From a virus, in the IMG/VR virus record IMGVR_UViG_3300031857_000122, positions 4,965 through 68,964 of that record: a DNA stretch of 64,000 nucleotides. One strand, 5' to 3'. The notes beneath the pieces were generated by a model, which saw only the letters and a program-made list of their open reading frames with translations, was not told where the DNA came from and searched no databases. Each line of letters starts with the position of its first letter. Positions within the stretch are counted from its first letter, which is position 1. Below are positions 1 to 8,717 of the stretch, piece by piece. The position numbers and the translations under genes were made by a program.

Positions 1-525
1 CTTCCGTTCCATTTCTATGTAAACGTAAACAATTCGTTCCTCGGCCCTGATATGCCGGAGGGCGTTACGAAGGCTGTGTGGCACGGGATATATTGCCGGG
101 AGTATCAAACGCTTTCCTGCCATGTGTTCCTCGAATCAGGGGCGCATTGGAGCGGCCTTCCGTTACACGCCCTGTCTGCGACAGAGGATTTCCGTTACGG
201 CCCTGAGATGCTGATGCCCTGGGGAGGAATGGGAGAGGAAATAGAAGCCGTTTATATGCCGTTCCTTGAGGGGCTTGAGGCAACGGGAATGCTTGACCCC
301 GGCCCTAACGGAAGGCACACAGGCATCATTGTGGACTGGAAGGATGGCTATTCACGCTATCCTGCGGAACACAAACCCCTTTCCCTCATTCAGCTTGACA
401 GTGGGCAGTTCGTTCTGTTCCCCAACAATTATGTTGTTTACAAGGAGAAACACTTTGTCTCTCACAAGGCCAAGGAGAACATGAAGCATTACAGGAGGGG
501 AGAGGAGGTTTATTGGGAAAAATAG
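1..525 (+). CDS. hypothetical phage protein, probably 5'-truncated by the window edge
   Basis: Frame 1 is open from base 1 (LPFHFYVNVNNSFLGPD) into the ORF 52..525. Confidence 0.7.
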   Translation, partial: LPFHFYVNVNNSFLGPDMPEGVTKAVWHGIYCREYQTLSCHVFLESGAHWSGLPLHALSATEDFRYGPEMLMPWGGMGEEIEAVYMPFLEGLEATGMLDPGPNGRHTGIIVDWKDGYSRYPAEHKPLSLIQLDSGQFVLFPNNYVVYKEKHFVSHKAKENMKHYRRGEEVYWEK

Positions 526-533
526 TAAATTTG
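526..533 (+). promoter_or_regulatory. Bacteroidota -7 promoter box (TAAATTTG), leaderless
   Basis: TAnnTTTG consensus, 4 nt before ATG 538. Confidence 0.6.
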
Positions 534-537
534 CATT

Positions 538-1674
538 ATGGCATACACAGATTTTGGGTTTATGAGGCCAGAGAATAATGGCCCTGTAAAAAACTTTTTC
601 AAAAGGCTTTTTACGCCCCAGCAAGGTCTTGTAGGACAAGTTCCAGCAACGCTTGTTAAAAAAAGAGAGCCTATTAAAGAAAGAGTTTTAAAACCTACTC
701 AACCAATAGCGGTTCAGCCAGAAATACCCCCTGTTGTTCAAGAAGAGCAGCCCAAACTATTCCAAGAAGAATTGGCTCGTTTTAAGAACTATATGCAACA
801 TCCAGCTTACAAAGAAAGGCTTGGAAGGGAGTTGTTTGGGGAAGGACCAATAGACCAAAGAGCTGTCGAAACGGAATATCAAAGAAGAATGGAGCGCATC
901 CCAGAAATTAAAATAGAAGATGCAAGCGGATTAAATAAAGGGGAGGAGGGCCATTATTTGCCTTCTCAAAGAATTTTAAGAGCAAAAACGCCTGAAGTTT
1001 TTTATCACGAATTTACCCATGCTTTAGATAATAACCCATCCATGTTTGGAATAGCTCCTGTTGTTCCGTTTACAAAAGTAAAAGATAGGCTGTTGACATA
1101 CCCAGCTCAAAGGGAAAAAGAGTACATGGAGAAATACGGCCAATACAGAAAGCCGAATTATAAAATTCTTCAAGAAAAAATGGTTAAAGATGTTGATGAA
1201 GGCATAATAAAACCACCTTCATATCTTTCAAAGGAAGAGTACAAAAAAGATTTGATTCAGGGAGACCCTTTCTTTGAGGTAAGGAAACCACGACCAGAGC
1301 AAGGAATTACTCAAGAATATATTAATGCCTTTAAAGCACATCCTTCTGCTCAATTTATTCAAAAGGCATTAGACGCTGAAGATAAAGAATACAAGTCTGC
1401 TGCTTTGAATTATTTGAAAGACGATACGGAAATGAAGGCAAGGATAAATAGTCTTCGCCTTCAGGCTATTCAAAAACACGGGTACGACCAAAGTAAGCCC
1501 TTTAAAATAGAAGATTACCCAGAGCTAAAAAAAGACCATCAATACAAACATCTTACAGAGGACCTAAAAATGTCCGACAAAGACATTGACGAGCTATCCA
1601 AGTACATTGCAAGAGTTCCTATGGGTAGTTCTCAACGCCAGGCTCAATATCAAGCATTAAGGAACATGGCCTAA
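538..1674 (+). CDS. zincin-like metallopeptidase domain protein
   Basis: VFYHEFTHALD (HExxH) plus a downstream YLKDDTEMKARIN segment with a candidate third Zn ligand. Confidence 0.7.
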   Translation: MAYTDFGFMRPENNGPVKNFFKRLFTPQQGLVGQVPATLVKKREPIKERVLKPTQPIAVQPEIPPVVQEEQPKLFQEELARFKNYMQHPAYKERLGRELFGEGPIDQRAVETEYQRRMERIPEIKIEDASGLNKGEEGHYLPSQRILRAKTPEVFYHEFTHALDNNPSMFGIAPVVPFTKVKDRLLTYPAQREKEYMEKYGQYRKPNYKILQEKMVKDVDEGIIKPPSYLSKEEYKKDLIQGDPFFEVRKPRPEQGITQEYINAFKAHPSAQFIQKALDAEDKEYKSAALNYLKDDTEMKARINSLRLQAIQKHGYDQSKPFKIEDYPELKKDHQYKHLTEDLKMSDKDIDELSKYIARVPMGSSQRQAQYQALRNMA

Positions 1675-1680
1675 AATAAT

Positions 1681-1713
1681 TTTGCTGATGTGAAATAAGT
1701 CTGCTTATCTTTG
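1681..1713 (+). promoter_or_regulatory. Bacteroidota sigma-A promoter (-33 TTTG / -7 TATCTTTG) containing an ATGTGAAATA box
   Basis: TTTG 1681-1684 and TATCTTTG 1706-1713. Confidence 0.75.
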
Positions 1714-1733
1714 CAGAGCCGAAAGGCCGGGGT

Positions 1734-1845
1734 TAGCACCTCCGATATATGCAACACATCACGAAGACATTTTAAAGTCCTCGCCTGATGAGTAACCAGC
1801 CGTGTTGCACGGGTGCTACTGGTGAAAGTTGGGCGAGGATTTTTT
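1734..1845 (+). ncRNA. c4-antisense-like structured leader RNA
   Basis: Long stem AAAGTCCTCGCC/GGCGAGGATTTT encloses GTGTTGCA and GGTGCTA, which are exact complements of upstream TGCAACAC and TAGCACC. Confidence 0.6.
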
Positions 1846-1850
1846 AATTT

Positions 1851-2366
1851 ATGAAAACTAAAAAGTTATCGGTCTATCAGACAAAACTAAAAGACCCTCA
1901 GTGGCAAAAGAAAAGGCTTGACATACTAAGCCGGGACAATTTCACTTGCTTACTATGCAAGGATACGGAAACTACCCTTCATGTTCATCACCATGAATAT
2001 GTATATGGGAAAGAACCCTGGGATTATGAAGATGACAATTTTGCTACACTATGCGAGCATTGTCATAAGGAAGTTGAAGTTCTGAAAAAGGACAATTCTT
2101 TTGATGAAATACTTATTGAGAAGTTTAGGTGGAGTTCGGGTAGAATTACTTTATTAATTTATGCAGCATCATTGAGTGGCATTATTGAAAAAATATATGA
2201 TGCAAAAGGAGGGTTAATACTTTCATTTAAATATGACCATGACGACTGGGAAACTATGCGTCAATTTACAAAAAAATGCAGCAGGCTTGATAATCAATTA
2301 GAGATTAAAAGCATAGATAAATGGCTTGCCGAAAATGCTGGAAAAAAATTTGATTCAGTTTTTTGA
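1851..2366 (+). CDS. HNH endonuclease
   Basis: RDNFTCLLC...LHVHH...LCEHCH zinc-binding HNH pattern. Confidence 0.8.
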   Translation: MKTKKLSVYQTKLKDPQWQKKRLDILSRDNFTCLLCKDTETTLHVHHHEYVYGKEPWDYEDDNFATLCEHCHKEVEVLKKDNSFDEILIEKFRWSSGRITLLIYAASLSGIIEKIYDAKGGLILSFKYDHDDWETMRQFTKKCSRLDNQLEIKSIDKWLAENAGKKFDSVF

Positions 2367-3142
2367 GTTATAATATTATGAATCATTCATTTAACATTCA
2401 CATTGCCAAAAAATATGGTCTTGAAGAGGCTATTATGATTGGCAACTTCCAGCATTGGATTACAAAAAATATAGCTAATGAAAGGCATTTATACGAGGGA
2501 AGGACATGGACATACAATTCTGTTAAGGCGTATGCGGTTCTTTATCCATATTGGACAGAAAAGCAAGTAAGGCGCATATTAGATTCTCTTGTTTCGAAAG
2601 GCGTTTTACTAAAAGGCTCTTTTAATAAAAACCCATACCTTCGTACAGCATGGTATTCTTTTGTGGACGAATCCTTGTTTCTGTATGGGCATAACGACTT
2701 GCCCAAATGGGCAAATGGTGAAGACCAATCGGGCAGCTCTATTACAGATATAAAACCAAATGAAAAACAATTTATAGATAATACTGCGGATGTTTCTGGC
2801 TCTATTCCTACAAACCAAGGGACGGACAATCCGAACGAAATGAAGAAGGGGGGCGGAGGCCAGGCGGCCCTTGACTACAAGGGTATGGATGATTCAGTAA
2901 AGCTATGGCTGGAGTACAAGGCCGAAAGGAAGCAAAAGTACAGCGGCCAAAAAAGCATTCAGATAATGATTAATCAGCTTTACAAAAAAGCTAATGGCAG
3001 CCCTGAAAGAGCAATGTCAATAGTAGAAAATTCCATAGCGAATAATTATCAAGGACTGTTCGAGGCCAGAGAGAATAACATGACGGCACAGCAAACCCCC
3101 GTTTCCAAACCAATGCATAACGTAAAATTTAATATCCAATGA
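2363..3142 (+). CDS. phage replication initiator (replisome organiser, HTH)
   Basis: N-terminal FNIHIAKKYGLEEAIM...W..N winged-helix type; C-terminal SIANNYQGLF; lies directly upstream of DnaB. Confidence 0.75.
   Translation: MSYNIMNHSFNIHIAKKYGLEEAIMIGNFQHWITKNIANERHLYEGRTWTYNSVKAYAVLYPYWTEKQVRRILDSLVSKGVLLKGSFNKNPYLRTAWYSFVDESLFLYGHNDLPKWANGEDQSGSSITDIKPNEKQFIDNTADVSGSIPTNQGTDNPNEMKKGGGGQAALDYKGMDDSVKLWLEYKAERKQKYSGQKSIQIMINQLYKKANGSPERAMSIVENSIANNYQGLFEARENNMTAQQTPVSKPMHNVKFNIQ
2678..2743 (+). repeat. putative iterons (3 x 22-bp period) / replication origin
   Basis: GGGCA at 2687, 2709 and 2731; inverted repeat TTGCCC-AAAT-GGGCAA; followed by an A/T-rich tract. Confidence 0.5.
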
Positions 3143-4485
3143 GTAATTTACATGACGAAGCCTTAGAGGCGAAACTGCTCGGCTCAATGATGATTAGTGC
3201 CGAAGATTGTATGCTGGCTCTGGCCGCAATTAGCACAAGCGAAGTTTTCTATGACTACCAGAACAGGGCCATATTTGAATCCCTGCGGAGACTTGCGGAA
3301 AAGGAGGTTAAGATAGACCCTGCCGCCATTGTCCACGACCTGAAGGCTCATGCCCTGTACGAAAGCAGCGGGGGAATGAAAAAGCTGGGAAGTGTAATGT
3401 CCTCCGGGTCTGGCCTTGGTCACTCCGAGATTCATGCTCGCATCCTGATTGAAATGTACATCCGCAGGAAGGCCATTGAGCTGGGTCAGGAGCTGATTCA
3501 AAAAGCCTCTTTGGGAGAAGTGGATGTGTTCGCTCAGATAGCTTCCATACAAACCCAAACAGAAAAACTCATAGAAACGTCTGTAGGAGGCTCGGAGGAG
3601 TCGTTTGGTGTCATTATATCAGACACGGAGAGAAAGTGGCTCAGAGGGGCTTCTAATGGCCTCAGCGGGCATCCCACCGGATTAGACGAACTTGACAAAA
3701 TGTGTGGGGGCCTAACACCGGGAGAATTAACAATAGTGGGGGCCAGGCCGGGGCAGGGCAAGACGGCACTGGTTGTCAGCCTGATACGCAATCTTAGCCA
3801 CCAAAAAATCCCATGTGGAATCTTCTCCCTTGAAATGAGCCGTCACGAACTTGCTCAGAGGCTGGCCTCACAGGAGAGTCAAGTGCCTGCCTTCAAGATA
3901 AAGGGCGGGATGCTTACGGACATGGAGAAGGCTGCTTTGCGGGATGCCAAGAACCGGATGCAGGAGTGGAACATTCGCATATTTGACGAGGGAGAGATGA
4001 ACCTGAGAAAGCTCCGGGCACGAGCTATGGTGTGGCAGAAGCGTTACGGGATGCAGGTGTTGTTCGTAGACTACCTTCAGCTTATGTCCGGCACAGACAG
4101 CAAGAGGCAGAACAGGGAGAATGAGATTAGCGAAATTAGCCGGGGCCTCAAGATTCTGGCAAGGGAGCTGAACATTCCCGTTGTTGCCTTGAGTCAGCTT
4201 TCGAGAAGGGTGGAAGAAAGGGCCGACAAGATGCCAATGCTTTCCGACCTGAGAGAGTCTGGGGCTATTGAGCAAGATGCTGACGTTGTGTGGTTTCTGA
4301 TGCGCCCCGCTTATTACAAGATGCAGGGGGACGTGGAGATAAACGGCAACAGATATGACCTGAATGATGTCTGCATTATAGACCAGGCCAAGATGCGTTC
4401 AGGCAACACCGGACAGATACCTACAAAATTTGATGGACCTTTAATGAGAATGAGAACCTATGATAGACCTGCTAATCAATTTTGA
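3139..4485 (+). CDS. dnaB: replicative DNA helicase DnaB
   Basis: GARPGQGKT Walker A, FSLEMS, VDYLQLM, LSQLSR, SDLRESGAIEQDAD. Confidence 0.97.
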   Translation: MSNLHDEALEAKLLGSMMISAEDCMLALAAISTSEVFYDYQNRAIFESLRRLAEKEVKIDPAAIVHDLKAHALYESSGGMKKLGSVMSSGSGLGHSEIHARILIEMYIRRKAIELGQELIQKASLGEVDVFAQIASIQTQTEKLIETSVGGSEESFGVIISDTERKWLRGASNGLSGHPTGLDELDKMCGGLTPGELTIVGARPGQGKTALVVSLIRNLSHQKIPCGIFSLEMSRHELAQRLASQESQVPAFKIKGGMLTDMEKAALRDAKNRMQEWNIRIFDEGEMNLRKLRARAMVWQKRYGMQVLFVDYLQLMSGTDSKRQNRENEISEISRGLKILARELNIPVVALSQLSRRVEERADKMPMLSDLRESGAIEQDADVVWFLMRPAYYKMQGDVEINGNRYDLNDVCIIDQAKMRSGNTGQIPTKFDGPLMRMRTYDRPANQF

Positions 4486-4852
4486 CAAGGAAGACGACAA
4501 GCGTAAGTTGTTCTCCGTTTTAAAGAATTTAAAGGGCAGCTTTGCTGTATCTTTGAAAAAGAATAAGGCTTCCAGGTCTTTAGCGAGTAATCGCTATTAC
4601 TGGGGGGTTGTATTGGCGTACCTTAGTGAAGAAACGGGCTTCACCAAAGATGAGGCACACCAAATCATGCAACGGACATTTCTCAAATACGTTAAAGACG
4701 TACCTGACGGAACGAGCGAAACATTTGTTCGTTCCACTACGTCTCTCAACACGGTGGAAATGAATGACTATATTGAGCAAATACGCATCTTTGCCGTTTC
4801 GGAGCTGGGCGTTTACATCCCGGAGCCGAACGAAATAGTGTATGAGAAATAG
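4460..4852 (+). CDS. NinB/YbcN-like recombination protein
   Basis: RSLASNRYYWG...STTSLNTVEMNDYIEQI pattern. Confidence 0.65.
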   Translation: MIDLLINFDKEDDKRKLFSVLKNLKGSFAVSLKKNKASRSLASNRYYWGVVLAYLSEETGFTKDEAHQIMQRTFLKYVKDVPDGTSETFVRSTTSLNTVEMNDYIEQIRIFAVSELGVYIPEPNEIVYEK

Positions 4853-5240
4853 CAAAAAGCCTGTAAAAAATCCCAGAGTGGCCCGGACTCGCAATGCCCA
4901 AACCGAGACTCAAAGCCAGCACATGAACAAAATCAGGAGCCTGCTCCGAAACCTAAGCCGTTGGTGGAAGCCCTTTCAGATGGCACTGAAGGCTTCTGCC
5001 ACCACTTACACCGTTGGCCGCCGTAGGCGTGTCATGTATATGTGTGCCATTTGTGAAAAGCTGCACGAAAGGGCAAATGTGGAAGTGAATCACATTGAGC
5101 CAGCCGGAAGTCTGAAGAATTACGATGACCTGCCAAAGTTCTGTGAGCGTCTTTTTGTGGAGGATATATCCAAGCTGGAAGTCCTTTGTAAGCCCTGTCA
5201 TTTGGAAATTACCAAGGGGCAAAGAAATAAAATTGAGTAG
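4842..5240 (+). CDS. HNH-like endonuclease
   Basis: CAIC...VNHIEP...LEVLCKPCH. Confidence 0.65.
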   Translation: MRNSKKPVKNPRVARTRNAQTETQSQHMNKIRSLLRNLSRWWKPFQMALKASATTYTVGRRRRVMYMCAICEKLHERANVEVNHIEPAGSLKNYDDLPKFCERLFVEDISKLEVLCKPCHLEITKGQRNKIE

Positions 5241-5265
5241 ATGTGAAATATGTTCCATACATTTG
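5240..5265 (+). promoter_or_regulatory. promoter (TACATTTG) with upstream GATGTGAAATA box
   Basis: Box at 5240-5250, -7 element at 5258-5265, ATG at 5274. Confidence 0.55.
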
Positions 5266-5273
5266 CGCTCTGT

Positions 5274-5663
5274 ATGGAAAAGCAAATTCAACAAGTGCTG
5301 GATTTCTATAATGCCTTTGGGCATCCTATAGCAACGAAGCCAAAATACATCTCCGAGGAAAGAGTTGTAATGCGCCACAGACTTCTTGATGAGGAAGTGG
5401 TGGAATTGTTTGATGCCGGCATTACGGGCGATGTAGCCGAAGTAGCTGATGCTATAGCCGATTGTTTCTACATTCTTATTGGAACGGCCATTGAGTACGG
5501 CATAGCCGACAAACTCACAGACGTTTTCAATGAGGTTCACAGAAGCAACATGAGCAAACTTGGAGAAGACGGGAATCCCATTTACAGGGAGGACGGAAAG
5601 ATTCTTAAAGGACCAAATTACTCACGACCAAAACTTGACGACATTGTTTATGGAGCACTCTAA
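5274..5663 (+). CDS. MazG-like / PRA-PH family NTP pyrophosphohydrolase
   Basis: LLDEEVVEL...EVADAIAD...EVHRSNMSKL...REDGKILKGPNY. Confidence 0.85.
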   Translation: MEKQIQQVLDFYNAFGHPIATKPKYISEERVVMRHRLLDEEVVELFDAGITGDVAEVADAIADCFYILIGTAIEYGIADKLTDVFNEVHRSNMSKLGEDGNPIYREDGKILKGPNYSRPKLDDIVYGAL

Positions 5664-5919
5664 AGATAAAATTTACCTGACAATCAAAGCATACCTGGGT
5701 TTGTTCCTGGCCTCTATGTTTGTCATTTACATGATATTCGGGTTCATCGCATGGGGATGGAGTATGTCTAATTGGTATTGGTCTATAAGGATGATTCACA
5801 TTGCCATATCAGCTTACATTGCTTATTACTATCACAGTATTTTTATAACACTTTTTTCGCAAGACACAGAAGACGATAACGATTTTTTTTATGAAGCATC
5901 CAGACGTAATAATGATTGA
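5650..5919 (+). CDS. small membrane protein
   Basis: Two hydrophobic helices; the start at ATG 5650 is inferred. Confidence 0.55.
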   Translation: MEHSKDKIYLTIKAYLGLFLASMFVIYMIFGFIAWGWSMSNWYWSIRMIHIAISAYIAYYYHSIFITLFSQDTEDDNDFFYEASRRNND

Positions 5920-6163
5920 TTCGCGGGTACTTGTCCTTCCGGATAAGGCCGCTGATTTTTATGATGAAAAGGGAACTTTGGTAGTTCCAGACATTGCCAA
6001 GGAGTCACCTCCGCAAGGAGATGTGGTTTCCATTGGAGACAAGGTGGAAGTTGTGAAAGTTGGAAACAAAGTTCTGTACACAAGGGGAGCCGGCGTAAAG
6101 GCCGAGTTTAACAAAACGGAATATCTCATCCTTCGGGAGCATGAAATTCACTGCATTCTCTAA
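5891..6163 (+). CDS. groES: co-chaperonin GroES
   Basis: DSRVLV...GTLVVPDIAKE..QGDVVSIG..VKVGNKVLY...EYLILREHEI. Confidence 0.9.
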   Translation: MKHPDVIMIDSRVLVLPDKAADFYDEKGTLVVPDIAKESPPQGDVVSIGDKVEVVKVGNKVLYTRGAGVKAEFNKTEYLILREHEIHCIL

Positions 6164-6810
6164 TGGCCTTTGTAACGCAATATAGCGACGACATCAAGCC
6201 CATCAGGGAGTATCTTGTTAAGATTGATGGTATCTATCAGGACACCATTGAGTACGGCACTCTGATGCTGCACAGGCCATCCAATATATTTAACGAAACA
6301 AATGGATTGTGCGAGGAAGGAGTGGTGGTGAAGGCTCCCGTTATTGATGGTCTTGAAGAGGATGTTGTAGGCAAGAGGGTGCGTTTCTGGTTTACGGAGG
6401 CTCACGCCACCTACAGGGGGAATATGCCGAAGATTGACGGACACCTGATGGTGATGCCTCAAAGCATTATTTCCGTAGAGGATGAGATGATAGGGGAATA
6501 CATATTCTGTAAGCCCATAGAAACATCCCGTTCCGCCTCCGGGCTCATCATACCCAATATAGAATATGTGAGCTATGACACCCTTCAGAAGCCTGTGCAG
6601 AACATTCGTGAGTTTTATACGGACAGGGGAAAAGTGGTTGGGAAGAACAATCACTATCCGGAAGGAACAATTCTTTGGTGGGGACACGAAAGTAATGTTC
6701 GTCTTGGATGGAATGGAGGGTTCCTTGTAAGGCATCGTATGGTGGAGGTTTATGGTCCGGATGCCGAGAGGCTAACCTATTTGAAACCCAAGCCACGAAA
6801 GATGGCCTGA
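6163..6810 (+). CDS. divergent GroES-like protein (possibly two domains)
   Basis: IKPIREYLVKI...GVVVKAP and EYIFCKPIETSRSASGLIIP...RGKVV resemble GroES folds. Confidence 0.5.
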   Translation: MAFVTQYSDDIKPIREYLVKIDGIYQDTIEYGTLMLHRPSNIFNETNGLCEEGVVVKAPVIDGLEEDVVGKRVRFWFTEAHATYRGNMPKIDGHLMVMPQSIISVEDEMIGEYIFCKPIETSRSASGLIIPNIEYVSYDTLQKPVQNIREFYTDRGKVVGKNNHYPEGTILWWGHESNVRLGWNGGFLVRHRMVEVYGPDAERLTYLKPKPRKMA

Positions 6811-6814
6811 TGAA

Positions 6815-7105
6815 ATGAAGAAGATAGAGGTCCCGCTATTTCCCACCATTAAACAACTTGGCCGCCCTTTCAAATATGATTTTACGCCGTTTAAAAAAGC
6901 TAATACGAAGTACATTATTTTTCTTGGGCTTACGGAAAAGAACTACGACTCACTACGTAGCACTTTTGCAAGATGGCGAAGAAGGGAGGGCATTGAGGGC
7001 CGTTTTGAATACGACATACTCCCGTCAATGGACGGTTGGCCGTCCTGCATTACCATCTGGCGACAAGGAGAAAAAATTACAGGAGCTCAATGGCGCACCG
7101 GATAG
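6815..7105 (+). CDS. hypothetical protein
   Basis: ORF tightly packed in the operon. Confidence 0.6.
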   Translation: MKKIEVPLFPTIKQLGRPFKYDFTPFKKANTKYIIFLGLTEKNYDSLRSTFARWRRREGIEGRFEYDILPSMDGWPSCITIWRQGEKITGAQWRTG

Positions 7106-7410
7106 AAAATAGAATATGGATAGCCTTCACTGTTTATAGAAAGGGTAGGTTCAGGTTTTATCAATTTGATAGATACTTTGAGGATGGCATACAATTCTAT
7201 CCATACGCAACAGTGAAAGAACTCAGTAGGTCATGGAGGATAATAAGCAAACTATTAAAAACGAGGGCCAGGCCGAAGGCAAGGTACGGAAACCACGAGG
7301 GCAGGGAGGGGATATTTGTGTATCGCCAGCCACGAATCCATGGAGAAGAGTGTTTAATAGAACTATTAAATGCTACGAGGTTTACGTCAGAGGAAGTAAT
7401 GTTCTTGTAG
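7090..7410 (+). CDS. hypothetical protein
   Basis: ATG 7090 overlaps the end of the upstream ORF; the next ORF overlaps it by 178 nt. Confidence 0.5.
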   Translation: MAHRIENRIWIAFTVYRKGRFRFYQFDRYFEDGIQFYPYATVKELSRSWRIISKLLKTRARPKARYGNHEGREGIFVYRQPRIHGEECLIELLNATRFTSEEVMFL

Positions 7411-7682
7411 CTACAGGCATAGGGAACACGGGAGACAGCTTTCTTATAGGGGCTCTTCCCGTAATTATGGACACATATACAAAGCTAATTAAAGAGATAG
7501 AAAATGGCGAAGTCAAAGAAGAAACCCTCAGAGGAGCAAAATACATCCTCGATAAGTACAAGGACAATCTCAGAAAAGGAGAGAGCATGGATAGAGGCGG
7601 TGTACTCAGACTCGATTCCGCTGAGTTTGACCTGGGAGGGCAGGGTGGCGGAAGTTACTCGGAGGTTGGGATTTTCGATTGA
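7233..7682 (+). CDS. hypothetical protein
   Basis: The core NPW...DSFLIGALPVIMDTY resembles the common phage PW...ARLIAAAPELL pattern; overlapped at both ends. Confidence 0.5.
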   Translation: MEDNKQTIKNEGQAEGKVRKPRGQGGDICVSPATNPWRRVFNRTIKCYEVYVRGSNVLVATGIGNTGDSFLIGALPVIMDTYTKLIKEIENGEVKEETLRGAKYILDKYKDNLRKGESMDRGGVLRLDSAEFDLGGQGGGSYSEVGIFD

Positions 7683-8076
7683 TGAGGATGTTCTAATGGA
7701 AGGCAGCCGGGAGCATTTCCTGCACAACATTAAAGCGGAAGCATATTGGTCAATGGTGGTGATGTATCACAACGTATGTGAATCTATACGAACTCCCGAA
7801 ATGGCCGCAGAATGGAAGTCGTCCAATGAAAATTCTTCCTATAAAGTGAAAATTGAGAACGGACTTAAACTCAAGCCCGTCATGGATGAAATTAAAAGAT
7901 TGGCAGAAGATTTGTTTAAGAAAAATGAGGTGGCCGAGGCAGACTTCAACGCAGGCAAGCTGGAAAGCGAATTTGGTGAAGGAGCATTGGAAGCCGCATT
8001 AAGAGAGGTGAACAATGAAAGTGGTAATAATTCCAAAGGGAAAAGGAGAAAAGAAACTTCCGAAGCCGAAGCGTGA
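7504..8076 (+). CDS. hypothetical protein, candidate terminase small subunit
   Basis: Helical 190-aa protein upstream of TerL; the call is positional only. Confidence 0.45.
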   Translation: MAKSKKKPSEEQNTSSISTRTISEKERAWIEAVYSDSIPLSLTWEGRVAEVTRRLGFSIDEDVLMEGSREHFLHNIKAEAYWSMVVMYHNVCESIRTPEMAAEWKSSNENSSYKVKIENGLKLKPVMDEIKRLAEDLFKKNEVAEADFNAGKLESEFGEGALEAALREVNNESGNNSKGKRRKETSEAEA

Positions 8077-8377
8077 AGAATATGTGATTATGAGCCGAAG
8101 GTTATGGGAAACAAAGCCCGGACATCTTGGAGTAATCGAGAAGAAATACTTCGCTATGGCTACGCACCTGGAAATCAGGAAGTATTTAAAAAAAATGTAC
8201 AAAGGGTGTTTCGTGCTTGTAGCCGAATCTAAATCCCAATGGATTGTAAGACGAGTAGAACATTCCGTAAATGGCGCAGAGGAGATACAAAAAAATCCGC
8301 AATCTCGCAGAAGGTACTATTATTTACCTCCGAGGAAGCCATATAATAGTGAAGTGGCAGGTGGAGAAAATAATTGA
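8015..8377 (+). CDS. hypothetical basic protein
   Basis: ORF in the operon. Confidence 0.5.
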   Translation: MKVVIIPKGKGEKKLPKPKREEYVIMSRRLWETKPGHLGVIEKKYFAMATHLEIRKYLKKMYKGCFVLVAESKSQWIVRRVEHSVNGAEEIQKNPQSRRRYYYLPPRKPYNSEVAGGENN

Positions 8378-8717
8378 TGGACGTTGTTTTATGTTCATGC
8401 ACGGAGAGACGAGGAAGGAATACGTCTATCCCGCCACCAAATACGTTGTGGGAGAGCCATTGTGGCGACATGGGTTAAGAGCCCATCCGGCAACGGCGAC
8501 GTTAGAACGTGACTGGCAGGCTCTGCAAGCAAGGGGAGAAATCATGCGTTTGTTCCGTGACATGGACAGGCTCAAAAGGCGCATCCCAAAGCTGAGAAAC
8601 AGCGAGAAAATGATAAATTGCACAAGCATTGTGCGTTCCTTTATTCAGGAATTTAAGAAAGGACTAAGGGGAAACAAGAGGAAGAAACATGAAGCTAACG
8701 GAAACGCAAACACTTGA
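8271..8717 (+). CDS. hypothetical basic protein
   Basis: ORF overlapping the TerL start. Confidence 0.5.
   Translation: MAQRRYKKIRNLAEGTIIYLRGSHIIVKWQVEKIIDGRCFMFMHGETRKEYVYPATKYVVGEPLWRHGLRAHPATATLERDWQALQARGEIMRLFRDMDRLKRRIPKLRNSEKMINCTSIVRSFIQEFKKGLRGNKRKKHEANGNANT

Noticed and set aside
1780-1840. Hammerhead ribozyme (CTGATGA...GAAA present)
   Set aside because: There is no room for stem III or an NUH cleavage site between GAAA and the closing strand; the c4-like pairing explains the sequence better.
5274-5663. Z-genome or other base-substitution pathway
   Set aside because: Only a MazG-like gene; no PurZ, dedicated polymerase or other modification genes were seen.
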